In this document: positions 56,995 to 64,000 of the stretch, one piece after another
How positions within the stretch are numbered: position 1 is the first letter of the stretch
How the letters are laid out: each line of letters begins with the position of its first letter
Virus record (IMG/VR): IMGVR_UViG_3300045988_073563
Length of the DNA: 64,000 nt
Reading direction: 5' to 3' (one strand)
From: a virus
The notes under the pieces: model-generated
Database searches by the model: none
What the model was told of the DNA's origin: nothing
The model's input: the letters and a program-made list of their open reading frames with translations, nothing else
Position numbers and translations under genes: made by a program

Positions 56995-57043
56995 GTTCGT
57001 CGTATTATGCCCGACGTGGCGACTTTATATAAATCCTAACAGA

Positions 57044-57670
57044 TTAGAAAGGTAGATCGTCAGACGGAGCTTCCTGTTTGACTTCTAGAGGATTAACTTC
57101 TACAGTCTCTTTGTCAGATACTACCGGCTTAACGAACAAATCTATACCTGTTATTTCTCGTATCATGCTTTCATTTTTGCCTTCTTCATAGAATCCCATA
57201 GGGATATTCATAGGCTCAATTGCTGCAAATTTTACATAACTTGGAAGTGTAGTATATCCATCTTTATTATAGACAACTTTCACTTTCAACAATGTATCTT
57301 TATTTGCTGCATTCAGCATAGCAACTACCCAGTTAGTGAATTCTTTATAAGAACTACCAGTGAAGTTTAATACTTCTTTAGGATAGAAACATCTCAAGAT
57401 ACGATTAATTCTTGTAACTTGATTCGTTGCTTTATTCTGATTTTGTTCTTCAGTATCTTCTACACGTTCTTTAGGTTCCCATTCTGTATGAACAAGTTCC
57501 TTACCATCTTTCTCGAATCTAAATTCAATGAAATTCTTCCCTGTTGGAGATACTGCAGTTTTCACTGACGTAAATTTAACATTATCGTGAATACCTGCTT
57601 CAAGGTATTTAGTATTATTACTATTATTAGTTAATGTTACTTGGTTTGCTAAATCTGTACTATAAATCAT
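57044..57670 (-). CDS. ssDNA-binding protein (acidic SSB-type tail)
   Basis: C-terminus ...QEAPSDDLPF matches the DDD(I/L)PF tail of bacterial and phage SSBs. Sits in the replication operon. Confidence 0.55.
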   Translation of the reverse strand: MIYSTDLANQVTLTNNSNNTKYLEAGIHDNVKFTSVKTAVSPTGKNFIEFRFEKDGKELVHTEWEPKERVEDTEEQNQNKATNQVTRINRILRCFYPKEVLNFTGSSYKEFTNWVVAMLNAANKDTLLKVKVVYNKDGYTTLPSYVKFAAIEPMNIPMGFYEEGKNESMIREITGIDLFVKPVVSDKETVEVNPLEVKQEAPSDDLPF

Positions 57671-57691
57671 AACTATTTGTTTTGTGTTTTT

Positions 57692-58432
57692 TTATTCAGG
57701 TAAATATATCTTATCCCAATAAGTAGTGATTTCATTGTTTTCATCACTCTCTGCTACTACTATATTCTTTCCTCTCAAGTGAGGAGCTCTAGCTTCTATG
57801 ACGGAATTATCTCCACCTTCAAAAGAAATATGAGTTTCATTTTTCTTTCTATATACATAGCCAACAGCATCTGCTTCACCACATATAATATTTGCTAGTG
57901 CACCTACTAGATCAAGAGACATTTCAGACATTTCTTCGCCATTCTTATTAATCAACTTATCTCTAGTATGACCAATAAGAATAAAGTTATCACATAATCC
58001 TCGGAACATGTCAATAACTTTTCTTACAGCTTGTCTTATATATAAATAACCAGATCCATTAGGCAAAGTTCTGAGGTCTGTACCTTCATACTTCTTGCCC
58101 ATTGGAGTAGCTTTATATAACTGTATAGCAAAGCTCATACACATCTCTTCTAGTCTTGATGCATTATCAATAGTAATATACTTATAGGGTTTCTTACCTT
58201 CTTTCTTAATTTCTTCTCTTATTGCATTTGCAATTTCACCTAAATCATTTACTGATCTAGCTTGAATAGCTAATGCCTCTAAGAATTCAGAACCACCTTC
58301 TAGATCGACAATAAGATTACTATCCAATCTAGATGCTAAGGTAGTTTTACCTGACTTTGGTTTGCCAAATAATATCAAGAATCTAGGATTCTCAACTCTG
58401 GCTTTTAATTTCTCTTTTGGTAATACAATCAT
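57692..58432 (-). CDS. RecA-fold ATPase (AAA_24/Sak4-like)
   Basis: Walker A ILFGKPKSGKTTLA. Size and position are typical of phage Sak4-like recombination ATPases. Confidence 0.6.
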   Translation of the reverse strand: MIVLPKEKLKARVENPRFLILFGKPKSGKTTLASRLDSNLIVDLEGGSEFLEALAIQARSVNDLGEIANAIREEIKKEGKKPYKYITIDNASRLEEMCMSFAIQLYKATPMGKKYEGTDLRTLPNGSGYLYIRQAVRKVIDMFRGLCDNFILIGHTRDKLINKNGEEMSEMSLDLVGALANIICGEADAVGYVYRKKNETHISFEGGDNSVIEARAPHLRGKNIVVAESDENNEITTYWDKIYLPE

Positions 58433-58505
58433 AAAGCTAGTTTATTTTATGTATCCCTCTGATAAATATCTGATAATTTCTGCTAGTTATGGGATTTATA
58501 TGTTA

Positions 58506-59021
58506 TTAGAACCAACCATTATTCTTTACTTTAATAGTAAGATTAATAATTGTTTTCTTTGTTTCTGGTTTCAAATAATTCAATGAACCCGGAGCGATTG
58601 GAATGATATCGTATCCAATCTGTACGAAATTGTGGAAAATTTTAATCGGTGTACCGTAGATATCTTCGAAATCATAATCCAAATTAAATGGATAATTTTT
58701 CTTAGCATATGCATCAAGTGCGTCTAATGCTTTAAAGAACTCTGTTTCAAGGTTATAGTTGTCGATTTTGTAGCACTTTGAGGCAAGCGGACAATTAGCA
58801 CAAGTCTTAGGTAACCAGCTTACATTGTGTTTCTTACTCAAACCTAATGTAATAGTATCACCTGCACCTGCATATTCGATTCCAAAATTAGATTTCGGAT
58901 AATCAAATGAACTGTCAATAGTCAGCCACGGATATGCTGTAATAATGCGTTCCATCAACGCATCTTTATAAATCTTTGCACTATTTTCTTTCTTCGGTAA
59001 TGTAAATGTATATGTTTTCAT
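58506..59021 (-). CDS. hypothetical protein (171 aa)
   Basis: Intact ORF with TAA stop. Confidence 0.6.
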   Translation of the reverse strand: MKTYTFTLPKKENSAKIYKDALMERIITAYPWLTIDSSFDYPKSNFGIEYAGAGDTITLGLSKKHNVSWLPKTCANCPLASKCYKIDNYNLETEFFKALDALDAYAKKNYPFNLDYDFEDIYGTPIKIFHNFVQIGYDIIPIAPGSLNYLKPETKKTIINLTIKVKNNGWF

Positions 59022-59047
59022 AAATTCAGCCTTTTTAATTGTTATTA

Positions 59048-60016
59048 CTAAAACGAAATCTTCTTTGCTGGTTCTTCATTTCGTATAGTTTCAATTAAAT
59101 TATTGTATTTCAGATCGTTGTCGAATTCTAATATCGAGCATTGTCCAGCATCTCTATTCTTTATAAGATGCAGATAGACTTTGTTATTAACTGGTAAACG
59201 ATTCGGTCCATACTGTTGGATATTTAGTAATTCTGGTCTGTGAATACAAATAACATAATCGGATGCATGAAATATTGTATCAGCAGAAGAAATATCACTA
59301 CGCATTGGATAATGCATAGAAGGATTATTAATTCTATCAGGAGTTTCAATGTTACGATTCATCTGTGATAACTGTATTACAGTGGTATTAGGTAATTTCT
59401 TTACCTTAATAAACAGTTTCTGTAAATCGGAAATCACTTGCAGTGCTGACTCGCGAGATTGACCTTCAACAAGCAAAGTATGGTCAAGTATGACTATAAA
59501 TTTCTTGCCTTTAGCTTTATTCTCATAGAAGTAGTCTATAGTAGAAGCTATATCTTCAACTGTACCCGGTGTATCTACATAATATATCGGATATGACTTT
59601 ATTTGTTGAGAAGTCTCTTCGACTTTGGCTAACGATTCATTATCTAAGTCATTGTTAGCACTATATAGCTCAGCAGTAGTTAGCCTTAACTTACTACTCA
59701 ATTTTCTACCAACCTGCCTAGAACTTAACATCTCAAATGAGAAATTAAGTACTATAACATCCTGATCAGAATTTAGGTCTATTAAATCATTTTCTAACGT
59801 ATTAACAAATGATGATTTACCACTACCTGATATACCCACTATTGTATATACAGTATTAGGTTCAATGCCGCCCATACAGGCAGCATTAAACTTATTCCAT
59901 CTTGTTTTAAGAGACTTTACCTCGTGGTTCTTTCTCTTCTTAATATACTCAGTAGCTTCTTTTGTAGCTGCTGATATATGCTGGAATTGTAGTATTTTAG
60001 TAGAGATCTGTTCCAT
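59048..60016 (-). CDS. DnaB-like replicative helicase (RecA-fold domain)
   Basis: Walker A IVGISGSGKSSF, Walker B FIVILDH, and QLSQMNR (DnaB SQLNR-like). Ends in TAG followed immediately by TAA. Confidence 0.7.
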   Translation of the reverse strand: MEQISTKILQFQHISAATKEATEYIKKRKNHEVKSLKTRWNKFNAACMGGIEPNTVYTIVGISGSGKSSFVNTLENDLIDLNSDQDVIVLNFSFEMLSSRQVGRKLSSKLRLTTAELYSANNDLDNESLAKVEETSQQIKSYPIYYVDTPGTVEDIASTIDYFYENKAKGKKFIVILDHTLLVEGQSRESALQVISDLQKLFIKVKKLPNTTVIQLSQMNRNIETPDRINNPSMHYPMRSDISSADTIFHASDYVICIHRPELLNIQQYGPNRLPVNNKVYLHLIKNRDAGQCSILEFDNDLKYNNLIETIRNEEPAKKISF

Positions 60017-60563
60017 AACTATTTGTCATAATCGGTTCTTCTACTTTCATCTGTTCCTCGTAAGTCTCCCACTCATGCTGAGTGAGCCATTTCCACATAG
60101 TTTTCATATAACCTAATTTGCCAGTTAGCATTTTGTTATCTATCTCATACTTAAGACAGTTACAGATATGCTGATGCATAGCTTTGCTTTTACCGACTAT
60201 TCTGTTATATTCCTTCCTACATTTGTTTACATTTGCTCTAAGGAAACCTTTAGTTCCATCAGGGCGTATAACATAAACTGGAAATAGGTCATAGAATTCA
60301 TCAAACATAGATTTATCTTCTTTTAGAAGTTCTTCTAGTTCTTTTGTTTTCTTTATGACTGTGGTATCATCTACTACTTTGGTAGTGATTAGTTTACGAG
60401 ACTCTAACTCTTGTATTTCTTCTTCATTAACTAGGCTGAGAAGTTTCTGAATGTCTTGATTGATGGTTTGATTATCACTCAATACAAGTGTTAGGAATAC
60501 TAATTGATTCATAGATAAATCTGAAATTCTATCTAAGATAGAAGTGTCTATTTCTAAAATCAT
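59997..60563 (-). CDS. hypothetical replication-module protein (188 aa)
   Basis: Intact ORF overlapping the helicase start. TAA stop. Confidence 0.55.
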   Translation of the reverse strand: MILEIDTSILDRISDLSMNQLVFLTLVLSDNQTINQDIQKLLSLVNEEEIQELESRKLITTKVVDDTTVIKKTKELEELLKEDKSMFDEFYDLFPVYVIRPDGTKGFLRANVNKCRKEYNRIVGKSKAMHQHICNCLKYEIDNKMLTGKLGYMKTMWKWLTQHEWETYEEQMKVEEPIMTNSYGTDLY

Positions 60564-60618
60564 ATTCTCATATTATTATATGAGCTATGGTCTCTGAAAT
60601 ATATCTGATAAGCCTCTG

Positions 60619-62568
60619 TTAATCCCATAGGCTCATTTGTAACGGTTTTAATTCTCTGATTATCTTATAGGCTTCCATAATGTAATACCTATAATTAATC
60701 TTTCTCTCTTCAATTGGTTTATCGTCTAAGTAATTTAATAAAGTAACACCAGATGCAGTAAGCATATTCTGATACTGTTTTTCTGTAGGACATGGAATAC
60801 TTATATCAAAACGATTAGTATCCTTCTCTTTCCATTTCCATAAATAAGCACCATTAGTACTTGCATAGAAACGATTAGTTCTTTGTTGTTCTTTATTATT
60901 ATACTCAACATGCCATTGTTTACCAGTTTTTTCAGACATTAGAAAATCTCTAATATCTTGGCAACCTTTTATAGTTTCCTCTACTGATACTCCGTTCTTA
61001 AAAAAGTTTATTACTGCTTTCGGTATGATCTTCGGAGTTAGACCTTTCCCTAATTTCACAGTAGTAATAAACATACCCTTCTCTTTTACCTTATCATCTT
61101 CAGTAATAGCGAAGTAGTCATTTATAGCATATTGATACATAGCTTTAAAACGTTCTTCCTCAAGCGTTAGCCTAGTAAGTTGTTCCCATTCTCTGCAAAC
61201 ATTGTTAACTTTTGAATATACGTCTTTCTTAAGTAAGACAAATAATCCATCCGTGTTTGCTTGGACGATTCGACATCCTAACTGGGTTAGTTTCTCTGCT
61301 AGCATTAGTAATAGTAACTGTCCATTTATTCTGATTTGCATTACAGCGAACGGACTATAACAGAAGTTATGTTCATTCTGTAAGTTACCAGACAATCCAT
61401 TGAGAGCAAGCTTTAAGGTTTCATTTTTAACCTTATTGCCATTGTGTTTAGCTTCAATTCGCTCATCTTTAATTTGTTTATATACTTCTAGGAATTCAGG
61501 ACCTAAATGTTTAGGATAGAATTCATATTCTATTAGCATACTTGGATATAGAGATGCAACATCTATATCAATGAGCATTTCATCTTCTTTCGGAATAATT
61601 ATTTCAGGTTTATTCACTGAGTGAATTCCTCCAACTCCTACAGAATACTGTAATCCTTCAAATACGAATTTATTTTCGTATCCTTTTCTACCCGGAGATA
61701 CTATTTGACTTTTCATGTCATTTAGTACTCTAGTTAGTATAGGACTATCATATTTAATAAAAGGTAGTATAACACTATTTAATGGTATTACTGACATAGG
61801 AGATCTTAAATCTTTAATATCCCACCATGTTTGACCTGTTTTCTCAAGATACTTCTGAGTCAAGATCTTCATACCAATGTTTACACCATCTTTACTAAGT
61901 ACACGTACTCCATATTCATCTTCAATAGCTATTCTTAAGTCGATGTCTTTTTTACATCTATTGAGTAATTCCTCAGTAGAATTAACATCATTAATATTAT
62001 AATCAATCATTGAATCAATTTGATCTTCGGGCAAGTCTGCCTGCCAATCAGCAACAAATTCTTGTACATTCTTGTACTGCATTGTTACTTGAATTTCCTT
62101 CAAACCTACTCTTAACTTATTGCTATAAAGCATAGTAAGAATATCAAATGAATCAAAACAAATCATATACTTCCATTTTCTCCAAGCAGAGTTATCATCC
62201 TCACTTGAAGTAGTAATTACTTTACTTAGGTTAAATACAGATCTACAAATGTCTCTATAACCTTTATATTTCATTATATTGTAACAATCTATTATATAGT
62301 TTATAATAGCATTATCATAATGAAGATTATTATAACCACAAAATAATATGTTAGTATCTAACTTAATATCTGTAGTATATAAATCTCCGAAAGTATATTT
62401 TGTATTAACTGTATGAAAGAATTCAACTAATTCATCTAATTGATTTCTTCTGCAAGATATTTCAAATTTATGCAATTCACCTGTTTCTGTATTTTTTACA
62501 GTACAATGGAAGACATTGGGGAATACCTCAATATCATATACATAAACAATCTTATCTCGTATAATCAT
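60619..62568 (-). CDS. family B DNA polymerase with 3'-5' exonuclease domain (649 aa)
   Basis: Exo motifs YDIEVF, YNNLHYDNAII and YNINDVNST. Pol motif A DIDVASLYPS, motif B KLALNGLSGNL and motif C ANTDGLF. Confidence 0.85.
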   Translation of the reverse strand: MIIRDKIVYVYDIEVFPNVFHCTVKNTETGELHKFEISCRRNQLDELVEFFHTVNTKYTFGDLYTTDIKLDTNILFCGYNNLHYDNAIINYIIDCYNIMKYKGYRDICRSVFNLSKVITTSSEDDNSAWRKWKYMICFDSFDILTMLYSNKLRVGLKEIQVTMQYKNVQEFVADWQADLPEDQIDSMIDYNINDVNSTEELLNRCKKDIDLRIAIEDEYGVRVLSKDGVNIGMKILTQKYLEKTGQTWWDIKDLRSPMSVIPLNSVILPFIKYDSPILTRVLNDMKSQIVSPGRKGYENKFVFEGLQYSVGVGGIHSVNKPEIIIPKEDEMLIDIDVASLYPSMLIEYEFYPKHLGPEFLEVYKQIKDERIEAKHNGNKVKNETLKLALNGLSGNLQNEHNFCYSPFAVMQIRINGQLLLLMLAEKLTQLGCRIVQANTDGLFVLLKKDVYSKVNNVCREWEQLTRLTLEEERFKAMYQYAINDYFAITEDDKVKEKGMFITTVKLGKGLTPKIIPKAVINFFKNGVSVEETIKGCQDIRDFLMSEKTGKQWHVEYNNKEQQRTNRFYASTNGAYLWKWKEKDTNRFDISIPCPTEKQYQNMLTASGVTLLNYLDDKPIEERKINYRYYIMEAYKIIRELKPLQMSLWD

Positions 62569-62588
62569 AATATAATAATGTTAGTTTG

Positions 62589-62711
62589 AGTCCATGAGAA
62601 GATTCGAACTTCTAACTTAGGCATTTATTATCAGGCTCTACAGTCTGTTTATTATGATGCCAGAGGTCGTTGGAACCCCACTTTTTGTTTTGCCTATTAA
62701 ACTACATGAAC
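62589..62711 (-). tRNA. tRNA-like gene B, 123 nt (canonical acceptor, D and T arms; about 50 nt extra in the middle)
   Basis: The - strand reads GTTCATG-TA-GTTT-AATAGGCA-AAAC-A-(72 nt)-AGAAG-TTCGAAT-CTTCT-CATGGAC-T. The acceptor stem is 7 bp with one G-U. Confidence 0.55.
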
Positions 62712-62776
62712 AACCGGTGTTATTACCGACATTGCAATTAAAGAATCATATAATTATTGTATTTTGCTAGCAGATT

Positions 62777-63280
62777 TTAGGCGGCTAGCTTTACCTTTTT
62801 TATTTGGTATATCTTAGCTGTACTCTTTCGAGCAAAACCTCGATTTTTCTTTTGTCGATGACAATTTGTATGATCAACGGGTTCAGTATTATACGTACGT
62901 TTGTACGTTTCTTTGAACGCTACAAGGGAAGCTTTGTGCTTAGCCTTGTCTTCTTTGCTCTGCTTAGCAGATGCAATTTTGGCTTGTTTCATATGAATAA
63001 TCATCATATTGAATTTAGCCTGAGCAGTTGTTAACTTATTATCCTTATTGAATTGAGGATAATTAGGAGTTTGCAACTTAAAATGTTCTTTTCTAGCTTC
63101 TGCTAGTACTTTTAAGTGAGCTTTTCTTTTAGCTCTCTTCTCCTGCAATTTAGGATCATCCCACATCGGATATGTGTTCTCTCCTTTTACTTCAGGCTTT
63201 CTTCCTGAGATAGCTCTTGCAGCTTTCTTATAAGCATTCTTTGCTTTTACTATAGCTTCTATTTGTTCTTTTGTCTTCAT
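62777..63280 (-). CDS. Lys-rich basic protein (167 aa), possibly DNA-binding
   Basis: Intact ORF, very K/A/R-rich, TAA stop. Confidence 0.55.
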   Translation of the reverse strand: MKTKEQIEAIVKAKNAYKKAARAISGRKPEVKGENTYPMWDDPKLQEKRAKRKAHLKVLAEARKEHFKLQTPNYPQFNKDNKLTTAQAKFNMMIIHMKQAKIASAKQSKEDKAKHKASLVAFKETYKRTYNTEPVDHTNCHRQKKNRGFARKSTAKIYQIKKVKLAA

Positions 63281-63305
63281 ATCTTGATAATTTAATAGTT
63301 AATTA

Positions 63306-63929
63306 CTATGCTGCTGCTGCAACATTTGAATATTTCTCCTTTAACTCTTCAGGACTAGTCCATGAGAGAATAGTATCTTTAGGATAATAAGAACTTTGTT
63401 TAGTATCTAAAGGAGTAACGGACAAACCCGTTAAACTGTCTTTATCTTTACTGTTCTTATACATACTACGGAATTTAGCTTGAGCTATCTCTACTGCTTC
63501 TGTGTTACTTTTAGCAGTAATATAATCAGTAAGTAAATCTATCTCCTTATGTGGAGCTTCTTTACTTTGTTGTTTGATTATATATTGGTACTTCTTGCTT
63601 TCTTCCTTCTTAGAAGGGGATTTCATTTTTGCTAGTGCTTTCTTATTTTTAGTAAGAAAATCTACGACAGAGCTTTTTATCTCATTTTTATGAGGTCTCT
63701 CTTTAAGAAGTTCAACTTTACGTTTCTTTTCTTCTACAAAACGCATTTTGATCTCCTCATCAGTCAAATTAACTAATTTTGGTTGAACAAACAGGTTCTT
63801 TTTTACAGCACGAGTGAATTTCTTCTTCTCCGCTCTAGTATACTTAACTGTAGGATCATATCCTACTTTCTCAAGTATCTGTTTAATTTGTTCTTTCTTG
63901 GCTATCTTAGCAGCTTTATTGTCTGCCAT
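63306..63929 (-). CDS. Lys-rich basic protein; 5' end may extend past the window
   Basis: Intact ORF. The frame stays open upstream of ATG 63929 to the window edge. Ends TAG then TAA (63303-63308). Confidence 0.5.
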   Translation of the reverse strand: MADNKAAKIAKKEQIKQILEKVGYDPTVKYTRAEKKKFTRAVKKNLFVQPKLVNLTDEEIKMRFVEEKKRKVELLKERPHKNEIKSSVVDFLTKNKKALAKMKSPSKKEESKKYQYIIKQQSKEAPHKEIDLLTDYITAKSNTEAVEIAQAKFRSMYKNSKDKDSLTGLSVTPLDTKQSSYYPKDTILSWTSPEELKEKYSNVAAAA

Positions 63930-64000
63930 AGCCTTCTTTGCTACATCAGTTAAATGGTCAGCTAGATGTACTTTCTTGCTGTTACTGATGAAACCTATTA

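Noticed and set aside
60619-62568. Intein or self-splicing intron inside the DNA polymerase, as reported for some crAss-like phages.
   Set aside because: The ORF is continuous. The exonuclease and polymerase motifs occur in normal order and spacing in a compact 649-aa protein, and no extra endonuclease-like insert is visible.
56803-62711. Calling either tRNA-like element a CUA-anticodon (amber suppressor) tRNA because both contain CTAAG.
   Set aside because: In neither case can CTA be placed at positions 34-36 of a 7-nt loop closed by a 5-bp stem. The flanking bases do not pair, and in B the base at position 33 would be C. The suppressor idea is kept only as a hypothesis in the findings.
56803-62711. 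tRNA-like elements as prophage attachment sites or integration scars.
   Set aside because: There is no integrase, excisionase or host-like flanking gene in the window. Both elements sit inside a phage replication operon in the sense orientation.
52962-63034. Listed + strand ORFs inside the early module: 52962..53309, 54984..55190, 55784..56161, 56842..57039, 58362..58586, 59865..60116, 62804..63034.
   Set aside because: They are antisense shadows of well-supported - strand genes. 54984..55190 lies opposite the DUF1064-like gene, and 56842..57039 covers the tRNA-like A and hairpin non-coding block.
1-64000. Reassignment of TGA (or TAA) as well as TAG.
   Set aside because: TGA cleanly ends at least six late genes (for example 2695, 23375, 23821, 24554, 25462, 32991) and four early genes, each with the next gene starting at or beside it. 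No proposed gene needs TGA or TAA read-through.

Overview
AT-rich 64-kb slice of a tailed dsDNA phage genome. Gene content and order resemble crAss-like (Crassvirales-type) phages of Bacteroidota, but that assignment is inference.

Layout: two convergent modules meet at a bidirectional hairpin terminator near 51434..51457.
- Module 1 (1..51428, + strand) is the late/virion module. It holds capsid-region genes, several tail-fibre-type genes, lysis genes, a complete diversity-generating retroelement (DGR), two homing endonucleases and a run of very large virion proteins. One of these is a 4587-codon polyprotein with an RNA-polymerase-like DFDID motif.
- Module 2 (51488..64000, - strand) is the early/replication module. 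It holds family-B DNA polymerase, DnaG-like primase, DnaB-like helicase, SSB, a RecA-fold ATPase, nucleases and phosphoesterases. Two ~122-nt tRNA-like genes sit immediately upstream of the primase and polymerase genes.

Key to reading the window: on the + strand the supplied ORFs are fragments. Neighbouring fragments share a frame and are separated only by TAG, never TAA or TGA. TAG is therefore a sense codon there, best fit Gln (genetic code 15), while TAA and TGA still terminate. The - strand genes read normally, with three small exceptions listed in the findings.

Most notable items:
- module-specific TAG recoding
- a canonical DGR (target-VR-TR-RT) with 27 of 27 VR/TR mismatches at TR adenines, whose RT itself needs TAG read-through
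- the two over-long tRNA-like genes
- giant polyvalent virion proteins

I saw no rRNA, CRISPR array, integrase, portal or terminase in the window. All coordinates and frames were worked out by hand and may be off by a few nt. Functions come from motifs I recognise, not from searches.
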